Part shown: in pieces, positions 18,870-29,286 of the stretch | Layout of the letters: the number at the start of each line of letters is the position of its first letter | How positions within the stretch are numbered: position 1 is the first letter of the stretch | DNA from: Sphaerochaetaceae bacterium | Lineage (GTDB): Bacteria; Spirochaetota; Spirochaetia; Sphaerochaetales; Sphaerochaetaceae | DNA: 64,000 nucleotides | Assembly (NCBI GenBank): GCA_963676605.2 | Contig: CAXXSP010000063.1 | Location: 26,182 to 90,181, forward strand | Direction of reading: 5' to 3' | Program-made: the position numbers and the translations under genes | Notes under the pieces: generated by a model | What the model was told of the DNA's origin: nothing | Seen by the model: the letters and a program-made list of their open reading frames with translations, nothing else | The model's database searches: none

Positions 18870-19481
18870 ATGAACGTATTCGAGATATTCACCATTGCCA
18901 TGATAGGCGCCTCACTTGCCATGGACGCATTAGCCGTCTCCATAACCCAGGGAGCGTGTCTCGATATCAGGAGTCCGCGCTATCCCCTGATTATCGGCCT
19001 CACTTTCGGCTTCTTTCAGGCACTCATGCCGTTCATCGGCTGGCTTCTCGGATCAGCATTCCATACCTATATCCAGAAGGCGGACCACTGGATCGCCCTC
19101 ACTCTCCTGGCGGCGATCGGGATCAAGATGTTCATTGACGGATACAAAGATTTTCTCGCTAAAAATATCGAAACTGAAGAGGGAGCAGCCTGTGAGATAA
19201 CAGAGAGGGGACACCTCCGTCTCCGTATCCTCCTGGGCATGGGAGTCGCGACAAGCATCGATGCCCTTGCGGTTGGGGTCACCTTCGGTGTCATGAAGAT
19301 CGATATCTTCGTCAGCATCCTCATCATCGGTATCATCACCTTCATCATCTCTTTCGCAGGGGTACTCCTCGGAAAGAAGGCAGGTCCTTTCCTCGGTGAC
19401 CGTATGGAGATGATCGGCGGGGCCGTTCTCGTCCTTCTCGGCGTCAAGATCATGGCAGAGCACCTGATCAAGGGGATATAG
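18870..19481 (+). CDS. mntP: manganese efflux pump MntP
   Basis: MNVFEIFTIAMIGASLAMDALAVSITQGA and a second repeat GVATSIDALAVGVTFG (paired DUF204 repeats). The upstream part of the track ORF is rejected. Confidence 0.85.
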   Translation: MNVFEIFTIAMIGASLAMDALAVSITQGACLDIRSPRYPLIIGLTFGFFQALMPFIGWLLGSAFHTYIQKADHWIALTLLAAIGIKMFIDGYKDFLAKNIETEEGAACEITERGHLRLRILLGMGVATSIDALAVGVTFGVMKIDIFVSILIIGIITFIISFAGVLLGKKAGPFLGDRMEMIGGAVLVLLGVKIMAEHLIKGI

Positions 19482-20180
19482 ATGATTGACTTCCACCGGC
19501 ATTTCAAAACCGCAGATCCTCTGCCTTCGTATACAGGAGTCTATATCTGGTATGCAACAAGCAGGCAGCAGGAATGGAATACACTCCCCTCCGACAGGAC
19601 AAGCATGCACGGGTACGGCTATCTTCCCCTCGAAGAAGACTCCTCTCCCCTGTTCTCACTCGAAGCGCTCGGCGAGGCTGTCTCCTCGGACCCCCTTTCC
19701 TACATCGGAGAGGTGGGAGATGAACCGTTCTTCCCCCTGGAAAAGCAGCTGCAGCAGCTTAAAAGAGTGCTCGCTCTTGCACGGGAGCTGGAAAGGCCTG
19801 CATTCATACACCACCGTGGCTCAATCAGTGCTCTTGCTGCGACCCTTGGGGAGTTCAGTTCCGACATCCCCATCATCATCCATCAGTACAGCGGTTCGGT
19901 GGAAACCGCACGTGAACTCTACAGAAAAGGAATATACATATCACTCTCCCCTGCCCTCAGGGAGAAAAAGATGAAACTCTCTCAGAGGCTCGGGGAGCTC
20001 GATATCCCCTTCCTCCTGGAAACAGATTATACAGAGGATGAAGAGGACAACTACCTGGACATCCTTACGCAGCATTATGAATGGGTAAGCAGGGAGACAG
20101 GAATTCCCCTCCTCACCCTCGTGGAGAAACAACATGAGCAATCCTCGATTCTTGCGGATAGAACGGCTCCTCGGTTCTGA
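19482..20180 (+). CDS. TatD-family metal-dependent hydrolase (divergent)
   Basis: IDFHRH, IGEVGDE, ERPAFIHHR, IIIHQYSG and LLETDY match the order of TatD metal-ligand motifs. The ATG directly follows the mntP stop. Confidence 0.65.
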   Translation: MIDFHRHFKTADPLPSYTGVYIWYATSRQQEWNTLPSDRTSMHGYGYLPLEEDSSPLFSLEALGEAVSSDPLSYIGEVGDEPFFPLEKQLQQLKRVLALARELERPAFIHHRGSISALAATLGEFSSDIPIIIHQYSGSVETARELYRKGIYISLSPALREKKMKLSQRLGELDIPFLLETDYTEDEEDNYLDILTQHYEWVSRETGIPLLTLVEKQHEQSSILADRTAPRF

Positions 20181-20889
20181 AGCACTTCCCATCCTTTCAG
20201 ATGCCCACGTCTGCGTCGTCGGTCTCGGAGCCGTCGGCTCCTACGCCGTCGAGGCTCTGGCGAGAAGCGGTATAGGCGAGTTCACCCTCGTTGATTTTGA
20301 CACCGTAGGTATCACAAACATCAACCGCCAGCTGTTCGCCCTTACCTCGACCATCGGACGCAATAAGTGTGACGTAGCAGCTGAACGTGTGAAAGAGATC
20401 AATCCAGATTGTACGGTTCATCCACTTCCCCTCTTTGCCCATGAGGACTCGTTTGAGCAGATATTCGCACAGAAACCGGACATTCTCATTGATGCGATCG
20501 ATTCACTCAATCCGAAGATCACCCTGCTTGAATATGCCTACAAGGCAGGCATTACTACGGTAAGTTCCATGGGCGCAGCCCTGAGGAAGGATCCCTCGAA
20601 AATTCATGTCAGTGATCTCATGGACACAAAAGAGTGTCCCCTCGCCCGTATGGTGAGAAACAAGATCAGACGGAGGGGTGTCGGACGCGGGATACATGCT
20701 GTCTACTCCAGTGAGAAGGTAGTCTACGAGTATAAGGAACCCGACGAAGAAGCATTCGCCGATCATAATGAACAGATCCGGGAGCAGGGACGCGTTAGGC
20801 GGGTTCTCGGCTCTCTTCCCACCGTCACCGGAATCTTCGGCCTGACGATCGCACAAAAAGCGACAGAAATTATTCTGGAACCGAAGTGA
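20134..20889 (+). CDS. tcdA: tRNA threonylcarbamoyladenosine dehydratase TcdA (ThiF/E1-like)
   Basis: RIERLLG...VCVVGLGAVGSYAVEALARSGIGEFTLVDFDTVGITNINRQ Rossmann/E1 motif, about 250 aa. Confidence 0.85.
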   Translation: MSNPRFLRIERLLGSEALPILSDAHVCVVGLGAVGSYAVEALARSGIGEFTLVDFDTVGITNINRQLFALTSTIGRNKCDVAAERVKEINPDCTVHPLPLFAHEDSFEQIFAQKPDILIDAIDSLNPKITLLEYAYKAGITTVSSMGAALRKDPSKIHVSDLMDTKECPLARMVRNKIRRRGVGRGIHAVYSSEKVVYEYKEPDEEAFADHNEQIREQGRVRRVLGSLPTVTGIFGLTIAQKATEIILEPK

Positions 20890-20939
20890 TCTGAGTCTTC
20901 ATAGCGTCCTCTTCTGTAGAAAATCATTTGGAGGTCGTC

Positions 20940-21965
20940 ATGAAACAGACACGAACCGCACTTCTCATCTTCGCTGCGCTCATCACAGGAATACTGCTGA
21001 TGAGCTGCGATGTCACCCAGCATGGAACCGAATACGGGTCTCTCACGGTAAAGTTCCCTTCCTCAAAAGAAATCTTCACAAGAACGATCATGCCTTCAGG
21101 CCCGAATCCTCTTGATATCGATCACTATATCATCAGCGGGACAGGCCCCGACGGCCACATGCTTTCTGCTGTATCGTCAACTACTTCGACTGTCACCATT
21201 GATGGCCTTATTGTGGGAAACTGGACCTTTACCGCCACGGCATATAACGGCGAAGGCAACCCTCTTGCCACAGGAAATGTGGAGACCTATATCATCAAGA
21301 ATACGAACAGTATTGACCTTCCCCTCCAGACTGTAGTCGGAGAGGGTTCCATGAATCTTTCCTTCTCCTGGGAGACCACTCAGGTCAACGCTGATACCCT
21401 TTTCTCCTTCACCTTGCAGAATTCAGCTGGGGAAACTGTCGAAGGATCTAACCTCACAAGTGATATGAACACGGGTACCTGTAGTGTGACAAAAACACTG
21501 CCTGCAGGATTCTACACCTTCAACGCCTCACTGATTCACGATGAAGTACTGATTTCAGGGTATACCGAGAGTGTCAGAATCATTGCCGAGACTGCATCAC
21601 AGGCAGCTATAGCAATGGAGATAGGAAAAGTGGTCGATAACGTGAGTATGATTATCACAGACGAGACTGATCGGATTATTCCAGCGCAGATAAGTGTTTC
21701 GAACGAGGCCCCCACTGCCGGTCAGGATGTCACTCTCACCTGTAATGTGACTCTTCCCGCAGGAATGTCAGCGGATACTCTCACGTATCAGTGGTATGCG
21801 GACGGATGCAGCATCGGGGGGGCGACAGGCTCAACGTATACGGTGGTAGGTGCCGGAAGCGGGACCGTACGTTACGATGTGACTGTCGGGACTGCTGAGA
21901 ATCCGATCATGGGCTCTGCGGGATATTCCGTGAAGATCAAACCGGTACCGACAATACAGAATTAA
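20940..21965 (+). CDS. surface lipoprotein with Ig-like repeat
   Basis: Lipobox LLMSC. C-terminal YQWYADG...GATGSTYTV motif typical of bacterial Ig-like repeats. ATG at 20940 with GGAGG 6 nt upstream. Confidence 0.65.
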   Translation: MKQTRTALLIFAALITGILLMSCDVTQHGTEYGSLTVKFPSSKEIFTRTIMPSGPNPLDIDHYIISGTGPDGHMLSAVSSTTSTVTIDGLIVGNWTFTATAYNGEGNPLATGNVETYIIKNTNSIDLPLQTVVGEGSMNLSFSWETTQVNADTLFSFTLQNSAGETVEGSNLTSDMNTGTCSVTKTLPAGFYTFNASLIHDEVLISGYTESVRIIAETASQAAIAMEIGKVVDNVSMIITDETDRIIPAQISVSNEAPTAGQDVTLTCNVTLPAGMSADTLTYQWYADGCSIGGATGSTYTVVGAGSGTVRYDVTVGTAENPIMGSAGYSVKIKPVPTIQN

Positions 21966-22384
21966 GCTTCGAGGTATTCGTTCATCTCCTCGACGAACCA
22001 GGGTTCGAGAGGGACGATTGAATAGGTTTCAAGATCGATGCTGGCTGCTCGTACGGTAAGGGTTGCCAGCTCGCTCTCGCCGCGCATGACGCGCTGGCGG
22101 ATTGTTATGCTGAACCGTTTCGCGGACACAATGGTGGAATGGACAGTAAGCAGGTCATCAAGAAAGGCAGGAGAGTGGTACACGATCTCCACCTTCTTTA
22201 CCACAAAGCCGATTTTTCGGGCTCTGAGGAGCTCATCGCCCGCTTCGCGCCGACTGGAAGTCTCACGCACGAACTCTGTCCGTGCGTGCTCTGCGATATC
22301 GAGATAGCGGGAATGATAGACTATTCCGCCTGCATCAGTATCACTGTAATAGACTCTCTGTGTATAGCTGTGAACGCTGCTCAT
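21962..22384 (-). CDS. YbgC/FadM-type (4HBT) acyl-CoA thioesterase
   Basis: YYSDTDAGGIVYHSRYLDIAEHARTEF hot-dog fold signature, 140 aa. Confidence 0.8.
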   Translation of the reverse strand: MSSVHSYTQRVYYSDTDAGGIVYHSRYLDIAEHARTEFVRETSSRREAGDELLRARKIGFVVKKVEIVYHSPAFLDDLLTVHSTIVSAKRFSITIRQRVMRGESELATLTVRAASIDLETYSIVPLEPWFVEEMNEYLEA

Positions 22385-22393
22385 GCTATCCTC

Positions 22394-23635
22394 TTAGAAT
22401 TTCAGGGTAGAAAAGAGATCTTCGACGGTCTCTGCCCTTCTGATCATCGCTACCGTTCCGTCTTCCTTCAGCAGGTATTCTGCCGAGCGGAGTTTCGCAT
22501 TGTAGTTGAATCCCATCGCATAGCCGTGAGCACCGGCGTCATGAATGACGAGCGTATCACCGACAGCGATTTCGGGAAGTGAACGGTCCACGGCAAACTT
22601 GTCGTTGTTCTCACAGAGGGAGCCGGTCACGTCGTAGATGTGATCTTTTGGAGCTTCTTCCTTGTTCACCACGGAGATGTGATGGTAGGCACCGTAGAGA
22701 GCAGGTCTCATCAGGTTCGCCATGGAAGAATCGAGTCCTACATATTCCTTGTACTTGCTCGTCACGTGGAGGACCTTACTCACGAGATAGCCGTAAGGGC
22801 CCGTGACCATTCTTCCGCATTCAAAGACGATATTCAGGCCATTGAGGTCAGAGGGAACAATCATCTCTTCGTAGAGGGCATGAATGCCCTTTCCTACTGC
22901 AGCAAGATCCATCGCATCCTGATCGGGGCTGTACGGGATACCGATACCTCCTCCGAGATTGACGAATTCGACGGCAATGCCGGTCTCTTTGTAAATCCTC
23001 AGCGCCTGGGTGAAGAGCATTCTTGCAGTCTCCACGATATAGGTGCCGTCAAGCTCATTGCTAGCGACCATCGTATGAAGCGCGAAGCGCTTCGCGCCCT
23101 TCTCTTTCGCCTTCAGGTAACAGTCGATCAGCTGATCCTCACGGACTCCGTACTTCGCTTCGACGGGATTCCCGATGATTGCATTTCCTGTCCTGCCCGG
23201 ACCCGGATTGTAACGGAAGCTGATCAGCTCAGGAAAGCCGGCTGCTTCATCGAGATAATCGATATGGGTGATGTCATCGAGGTTGATGACAGCGTTAAGC
23301 TGCTTTGCAGCCACGAACTCAGAAGCGGGAGTATCATTACTGGTGAACATGATATCTTCACCGGTGATTCCCGCCTGTTCTGCAAGAAGAAGCTCGGGAT
23401 AACTTGAACAGTCGGCACCGAAACCCTCATCTTTCATAATCTTCAGTATGGCTGGGTTGGGACATGCCTTGACGGCATAATAGTTCTTGAACGAAGGGAC
23501 CCAGGAGAAGGCATCCTTGAATGCCTGAATATTCGCCCTGATCGCCTTCTCATCATAAATATGAAAAGGCGTCGGGAGCTTCTCTGCGAGGGTCGCCATA
23601 GCTGCATGACTCATTGGAAGCGTTTTTTCTGACAT
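22394..23635 (-). CDS. lysA: diaminopimelate decarboxylase
   Basis: Fold-type III PLP decarboxylase N-terminus (TPFHIYDE...YAVKACPNPAILK). Last biosynthetic gene in the dapA-dapL cluster. Confidence 0.85.
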   Translation of the reverse strand: MSEKTLPMSHAAMATLAEKLPTPFHIYDEKAIRANIQAFKDAFSWVPSFKNYYAVKACPNPAILKIMKDEGFGADCSSYPELLLAEQAGITGEDIMFTSNDTPASEFVAAKQLNAVINLDDITHIDYLDEAAGFPELISFRYNPGPGRTGNAIIGNPVEAKYGVREDQLIDCYLKAKEKGAKRFALHTMVASNELDGTYIVETARMLFTQALRIYKETGIAVEFVNLGGGIGIPYSPDQDAMDLAAVGKGIHALYEEMIVPSDLNGLNIVFECGRMVTGPYGYLVSKVLHVTSKYKEYVGLDSSMANLMRPALYGAYHHISVVNKEEAPKDHIYDVTGSLCENNDKFAVDRSLPEIAVGDTLVIHDAGAHGYAMGFNYNAKLRSAEYLLKEDGTVAMIRRAETVEDLFSTLKF

Positions 23636-23651
23636 GATATTTCTATTCCTT

Positions 23652-24884
23652 TTAATTCAGTTTGAGATTGCTGACGATACTCTCTACCGCCTGCTCGATA
23701 TTCTTCCGGTGCCCGAAGGCGCTGAGACGGACATACCCTTCACCGGCCGGGCCGAAACCGCTTCCGGGAGTGACGATGACATTGCACTGAGTCAGAAATA
23801 CATCAAAGAGATCCCAGCTGCTCATTCCCTCAGGTCCTTTGACCCAGACGTAGGGAGCGTTATCGCCTCCGTAGACTTCGAATCCTACCTTCTGCATACC
23901 CTCGCGGATGATACGTGCGTTCTCCATATAGTAGGCGATCAGTGCACGGGCTTCTGCAAGTCCCTGCTCACTCAGAACTGCGATACCGCCTGCCTGTGCG
24001 ATATTGCTCGCACCGTTGAAGAAGGTCACCTGGCGGCGGTTCCACATCTTATGGATCTCACCGGGCTGGGAATTCTCCGCGATCACTTCCTTGGGAACGA
24101 TAGTCCATCCGAGACGTACACCGGTGAAACCTGCGAACTTGCTGAACGAGTTGATCTCTATCGCACACTCACGGGCACCCTCGACTTCGTAGATAGTCTT
24201 GGGAAGGGAAGCATCGCTGATATACTCAGCATATGCTGCATCGTAGATGATGACGGCCTTATTCTCCCGTGCATAGGCAATATACTCTGCAAGCTGCTCG
24301 TGAGTTGCAACGGCTCCGGTAGGATTGTTCGGGGAACAGATATACATCAGGTCGACTTTCTGTTCCGGGACTTTCGGGAAGAAATTGGTTTCAACTGAAC
24401 CGGGCATGTAGACGAAGCCTTCATAGTGCCCCTGCTCTGAATTGAATTCACCGCTTCGTCCTGAGACGACGTTCGAGTCAACATACACCGGGTAGGCAGG
24501 GTCCTGAATGGCGATCACGTTATCAGAAGAGAAGATAGACTGCAGGTTTCCCGCATCGGCCTTCGCCCCGTCGGAGATGAAGAACTCATCGGATGCGATA
24601 TCTACTCCCATATCCTTGTAGTAGCTGCTGAGAGCCTCTCTGAGGGGAGTGTCGCCCTGTTCATCACCGTACCCTGAGTAGGTGTCTACATTGCTGAGGG
24701 CATCTACCTTGCCGTGAAGTCCTTCAAGGACTGCCGGGGTAAGGGGTTCAGTGGTGTTTCCGATTCCGAGTTTGAACAGTGACACGCCCGGATTGCTTTC
24801 CTGATACACTCTTGCACGACGGGCGATCTCCGGAAAGAGGTAGCCGGCTGCAAGCTTGCGGTAATTCGTATTGATGGTTGCCAT
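23652..24884 (-). CDS. dapL: LL-diaminopimelate aminotransferase
   Basis: N-terminal DapL signature INTNYRKLAAGYLFPEIARR...LGIGNTTEPL and NSFSKFAGFTGVRLGW PLP-lysine region. Confidence 0.9.
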   Translation of the reverse strand: MATINTNYRKLAAGYLFPEIARRARVYQESNPGVSLFKLGIGNTTEPLTPAVLEGLHGKVDALSNVDTYSGYGDEQGDTPLREALSSYYKDMGVDIASDEFFISDGAKADAGNLQSIFSSDNVIAIQDPAYPVYVDSNVVSGRSGEFNSEQGHYEGFVYMPGSVETNFFPKVPEQKVDLMYICSPNNPTGAVATHEQLAEYIAYARENKAVIIYDAAYAEYISDASLPKTIYEVEGARECAIEINSFSKFAGFTGVRLGWTIVPKEVIAENSQPGEIHKMWNRRQVTFFNGASNIAQAGGIAVLSEQGLAEARALIAYYMENARIIREGMQKVGFEVYGGDNAPYVWVKGPEGMSSWDLFDVFLTQCNVIVTPGSGFGPAGEGYVRLSAFGHRKNIEQAVESIVSNLKLN

Positions 24885-24893
24885 AATAATTCC

Positions 24894-25790
24894 TTATGCT
24901 TTTTTCGTTACATTGAGAGGAGCAAGGGCAGCAAGGAGAGTCTGTCGGTGTTCTTCCGATTCGAGAGAACACATCGGCAGTCTGAATTCCTCTTCGCACC
25001 AGCCGTAATGGGCCATGGCAGTCTTGACCGGAATAGGATTCGTTTCAACGAAACATGCGCTGAAGAAAGGACTCATAGCACTCTCGAGTGCACGGGCCTC
25101 TTCGATCTTTCCATCAAGTCCTGCATGAATCATATCCTTCATCTGAGCAGGAAGAAGATTCGATGCGACGCTGATCACTCCGTCACCGCCCGATTCTATC
25201 AGAGAAAGGGCCATGTTGTCATCACCGCTCAGGACGCTGAAATTGTCCGGTGTACGTGCGATCACATCCTTCATCTGCTCGAGTGAGCCGCTGGCTTCCT
25301 TGACAGCAATGATATTGGGACAGTCGTTGGCGAGCTTTACCAGAGTATCTGTCTCGACATTGACTCCGGTTCTTCCCTTGATGTTATACACGATACAGGG
25401 AATCTTTACACTGTCGGCAATGGTTCTGAAGTGGAGGTAGAGTCCCTTCTGTGTAGGCTTGTTATAATAGGGATTCACAAGGAGAAGCGCATCGACACCG
25501 GCTGCCTCAGCATGACGGGAGAGGCGGACAGCTTCGCTGGTCGCATTGGAGCCTGTTCCTGCAATGACAGGTACCCGTCCGTCACTGATCGCGACGGTAT
25601 CGGCAATGACTCTGTCATGCTCCGAGTGACTCAGGGTCGGGCTTTCTCCAGTGGTACCGCAGGGGACGAGTCCATCAACGCCGCTGGCGATCTGGAATTC
25701 TATAATATCTTTGAGCGCATCCTGGTCTACAAGACCGTATTTCGTGAACGGGGTGATCAGGGCTGTGAATACACCAGTGAATTTTTTCAT
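24894..25790 (-). CDS. dapA: 4-hydroxy-tetrahydrodipicolinate synthase
   Basis: GVFTALITPF...GLVPCGTTGES...VIAGTGSN...VKEASG motifs. ATG at 25790 with GGAAGGAG RBS. Confidence 0.9.
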   Translation of the reverse strand: MKKFTGVFTALITPFTKYGLVDQDALKDIIEFQIASGVDGLVPCGTTGESPTLSHSEHDRVIADTVAISDGRVPVIAGTGSNATSEAVRLSRHAEAAGVDALLLVNPYYNKPTQKGLYLHFRTIADSVKIPCIVYNIKGRTGVNVETDTLVKLANDCPNIIAVKEASGSLEQMKDVIARTPDNFSVLSGDDNMALSLIESGGDGVISVASNLLPAQMKDMIHAGLDGKIEEARALESAMSPFFSACFVETNPIPVKTAMAHYGWCEEEFRLPMCSLESEEHRQTLLAALAPLNVTKKA

Positions 25791-26126
25791 TATTGACTCC
25801 TTCCGCGCTCCGGGAGCGCTCATGTTATTTTCTACCTATGTGTATCACTGCAAAAGCCTTATGGTTCAAGGGTACTCCTGCAGTTTCCCAAGTCTATCAA
25901 ATTTAAAACATTATGTCTATAAAATAACAAAATGTTTTTATAATAACATGAATTAGAAAGAGAAACGGATCGCTCATCCAGTGAATTACGACACTCTCAG
26001 ATGGGGTTCACTCCCTGCAGAGACGATGTGAAGGTAAATCAGGGACTCTATCCGAGATGAATGAAACAGTTGCACATTATTTGTTCTTATAGTAACATAG
26101 TGTAATAATAATAACAGGAGACTATC

Positions 26127-26879
26127 ATGATTCAGGTAATATTAAGCGGTTGCAGCGGAAGAATGGGAGGGGTTCTCACCCAGCTCATCGGTCGCGAGAA
26201 GGATATGGAAGTCGTTGCAGGAATCGACCCGTATAAGGCTGATAGAGCATACCCTATCTTTTCTTCTCTTGCAGAGTGTACGGTAGAAGCTGATGTCATT
26301 ATCGACTTCTCTGCCCCGGGAACGACTCAGGCGCTGGTCTCCTCTGCAGTGGAGAAAAAGATTCCGGTCGTTGTCGCGACCACGGGACTGAGTGAGGAGG
26401 ATATCTCCTTCGTCAAGTCTTCCTCTGCTTCTGTGGCACTGTTCAGGAGTGGAAATATGTCTCTCGGTATCAATCTCGTACAGAACCTCCTCCAACAGGC
26501 TGTGAAAGTCCTCGGCGGATCCTATGATGTTGAGATCATTGAAAAACACCATAGGATGAAGAAAGACTCACCGAGCGGAACAGCTCTGATGCTTGCAGAC
26601 TCTGTAAGAGAAGCACGAGAGGAAGAGACCACCTATGTATACGGCCGTGAGGGAGCCGATTCGCAGAGAAAAGAAGGAGAACTCGGTATTCATGCTGTGA
26701 GAGGCGGTACGATTGTCGGAGATCACGAGGTGATCTTCGCCGGAGAGGATGAGGTCATCTCGATCAGGCATCAGGCGTTCTCACGTCAGGTGTTTGCCAC
26801 CGGAGCTATCGCGGCGGCACGATTCCTCAGCAGCCGGAGTACCGGGCTGTACTCCATGAAGGATATCATCAATTCCTGA
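26127..26879 (+). CDS. dapB: 4-hydroxy-tetrahydrodipicolinate reductase
   Basis: GCSGRMG nucleotide loop, ATTG and EKHHRMKKDSPSGTA signature. Divergent from dapA. Confidence 0.9.
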   Translation: MIQVILSGCSGRMGGVLTQLIGREKDMEVVAGIDPYKADRAYPIFSSLAECTVEADVIIDFSAPGTTQALVSSAVEKKIPVVVATTGLSEEDISFVKSSSASVALFRSGNMSLGINLVQNLLQQAVKVLGGSYDVEIIEKHHRMKKDSPSGTALMLADSVREAREEETTYVYGREGADSQRKEGELGIHAVRGGTIVGDHEVIFAGEDEVISIRHQAFSRQVFATGAIAAARFLSSRSTGLYSMKDIINS

Positions 26880-26908
26880 AGATATCCCATGGAAAGATTT
26901 CCACACAG

Positions 26909-26941
26909 ATCCTGACAGCGACCCTGTCAGGATTTTTTCTT
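26909..26941 (+). terminator. rho-independent terminator of dapB (overlaps the topB stop codon)
   Basis: ATCCTGACAG/CTGTCAGGAT perfect 10-bp stem, 5-nt loop, then TTTTTTCTTTTT. Confidence 0.7.
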
Positions 26942-29203
26942 TTTGTCCCTCTCCTTCTTCCGTCTCTCGCTTTCTGCGAGGAGGTCGGCGAAGGTTGAAC
27001 CGCCCGAAGGACGCGCTTCCCTCTCGGGACGTCTGTCACTCTGGCGATCCCTTTTCGCCGGATAAGAAGGACGCCGATCGGAAGATCTGTGAGAGGAGGG
27101 GCTCTGAAAAGACCTCCCCTTCATTTTACTTTCCCTGACAACCTCGACAGTCATAGCAGGGAGAGCCGAGGGATCGCTCTTTTTCACCACGACTTTCTTT
27201 TCACGTCCGGGAACCCCGGTCTTCACCGTCTTCACACTGATTTTCTTTTGAGTCTTGGCGGGAACGAGCATCTCTTCGTAGGAGCACTTCAGGCTGAGGC
27301 AGATATTATGAATCCGCCCCTCGTTGTCCCGTGCCCTGATCATCTCCCGTTCACAGTGGGGACAGGTTTTCGCTCCATCGCTGTGGGGAGAGAATCTGTC
27401 CCGGCTTTCGGAGACGGATGAAACGAGCTTCTTCGTCTCCTCCTTGATATCAGAGATGAAGGTATCGTAGGAATCTGTCCCTTCACTGATGGCGGTGAGC
27501 CGTGCTTCCCATTCAGCAGTAAGGAGGGGGGAACGAAGCATCTGCGGAGCGAGCCGGACAAGTTCCCGGCCGTAGGCGGTGGGAATGAGATGTCGTCCGT
27601 CACGCTCGACATAATGGTTCTGGATCAGCTTCTCTATGATATCGGCGCGGGTGGCGGGAGTACCGATTCCCCCTTTCAGGCTCTTTTTCATATCAGCGTC
27701 GTCAATGAACCGCCCTGCATGTTCCATGGCTGAGAGAAGAGTCGCTTCGGTGTACCTCTCAGGTGGTCTGTCCGCGACCTTCCGCGTTCTCACACGCCGG
27801 ATCTCGAATTCGGCGCCCTCTTTCACGGAAGAAGGAAGAGAGTCATCTGTGAGCATTTCATCACTCTCCCTCTTCTTCAGGGCTTCGGGGGCAAACGCCT
27901 TCATGTCTCTCCAACCGTTCTGCCTCCTGGTGATGAAGCGGGTTTTCAGGAGATAGGATCCAGCCTTGAGTGTAACTTCGGAGGAGCTGTAGAGGTACTC
28001 ACCGCTGAGCACTTCGAGGAATCTGAGAGCTATAAGAGCCCAGAGGTTTTTCTCCTTCTCTGAAAGCTGGGTCAGATCGACCTTCTGTTCTGTCGGGATA
28101 ATAGCGTGGTGATCGGTCACATTGCTTTCAGAGACGAAACGGGAGAGATCTTCACGATATCCGTGGGTGAGATACATATCCGAGACCTGCCCGAAATCAG
28201 TATTCCGCAAGGCGTTCAGACGGCTGGGAAGTGTGGCAACGATATCTTCTGTGATATAGCGGCTGTCCGTTCTCGGGTAGGTGACGATCTTATGGACTTC
28301 ATAGAGTTTCTGCAGAACATCGAGCGTCTCCTTGGCACTGAAGGAAAGAATCGTATTTGCATCTCTCTGCAGTTCAGTAAGGTCGTAGGCAAGCGGCGGC
28401 GGATCAGAGACTTCCTGAGTCTTCACTTCATCTACGACAGCGCTGAGTCCTTCCAGGGATGAGGTGATCTCACCGAGAACTTCCTCGGAAGGCACTTTCA
28501 TCACTCCCTCCTCGTCATGTACAGAGGCACTGAACAGCCCGAGGTTCGCCCTGATACTCCAGTATACCGAGCCTTCATGAGCCTCCCGCTCATCTTCCCG
28601 TTCACTCATGAGGGCAAGGGTCGGAGTCTGCACCCGCCCTGCGGAGAGCCGGGAATCATACCGGCAGGTGAGAGCTCTGGTCACATTCATACCCACATAC
28701 CAGTCAGCGGCGCTCCTGGCTTCCCCTGCACGGTAGAGTCCTTCATACAGCTCTCCGGGTTTCAATGAGGCAAACCCCTCTTTGATAGCCTGTGAGGTCT
28801 GGGAACTGATCCAGAGGCGTTTCACTTCCTTGTCCCATCCGGCTTTCTTCATGATCCACCGTGCGACAAGTTCTCCTTCCCGCCCAGCGTCTGTAGCGAT
28901 GATGAGTGTAATTACATCATCGCGCTTCATGAGGGTACTGACTGTCTCATACTGATCCTTTGTTCCCTCCATAATATCCTGTGTCAGGGTGTCCGGTAGC
29001 ATCGGAAGAGAGGAGAGCGTCCATCGGCGGTACTCTGGAGAGTACGATGCCGGCTGAGAGAGCTCGATGAGATGACCGAGGGCCCAGGTGACGATATAGG
29101 AAGCGCCTTCCAGATAGCCTTTATGCCGACGGTCTGCACCGACGACTTTCGCGATCTCTCTGGCGACGGATGGTTTTTCTGCAAGTACGATAGCCTTGTT
29201 CAT
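26927..29203 (-). CDS. topB: DNA topoisomerase III
   Basis: Toprim N-terminus (AIVLAEKPSVAREIA...YIVTWALGHL), active-site region TYPRTDSRYI, a C-terminal Zn-ribbon-like CPHCE and a Lys/Arg-rich tail. Confidence 0.9.
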   Translation of the reverse strand: MNKAIVLAEKPSVAREIAKVVGADRRHKGYLEGASYIVTWALGHLIELSQPASYSPEYRRWTLSSLPMLPDTLTQDIMEGTKDQYETVSTLMKRDDVITLIIATDAGREGELVARWIMKKAGWDKEVKRLWISSQTSQAIKEGFASLKPGELYEGLYRAGEARSAADWYVGMNVTRALTCRYDSRLSAGRVQTPTLALMSEREDEREAHEGSVYWSIRANLGLFSASVHDEEGVMKVPSEEVLGEITSSLEGLSAVVDEVKTQEVSDPPPLAYDLTELQRDANTILSFSAKETLDVLQKLYEVHKIVTYPRTDSRYITEDIVATLPSRLNALRNTDFGQVSDMYLTHGYREDLSRFVSESNVTDHHAIIPTEQKVDLTQLSEKEKNLWALIALRFLEVLSGEYLYSSSEVTLKAGSYLLKTRFITRRQNGWRDMKAFAPEALKKRESDEMLTDDSLPSSVKEGAEFEIRRVRTRKVADRPPERYTEATLLSAMEHAGRFIDDADMKKSLKGGIGTPATRADIIEKLIQNHYVERDGRHLIPTAYGRELVRLAPQMLRSPLLTAEWEARLTAISEGTDSYDTFISDIKEETKKLVSSVSESRDRFSPHSDGAKTCPHCEREMIRARDNEGRIHNICLSLKCSYEEMLVPAKTQKKISVKTVKTGVPGREKKVVVKKSDPSALPAMTVEVVRESKMKGRSFQSPSSHRSSDRRPSYPAKRDRQSDRRPEREARPSGGSTFADLLAESERRKKERDKKKKS

Positions 29204-29286
29204 GGGAGTAAGGATTCCTTTCTTTTATCTTGAATATGAGCCATATAGTATCTGATATAAGGGCACTCAACAAGAGGGGCATCCCC

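Noticed and set aside
22640-24398. 255-aa and 254-aa plus-strand ORFs (22640-23407 and 23634-24398)
   Set aside because: They are antisense shadows of lysA and dapL. The translations are Arg/His/Asp-rich with no recognisable domains.
25791-26126. Lysine (L-box) riboswitch or T-box in the dapA or dapB leader
   Set aside because: I read both strands and found none of the L-box signature strings or the T-box sequence. I kept it only as an unexplained hairpin block in the findings.
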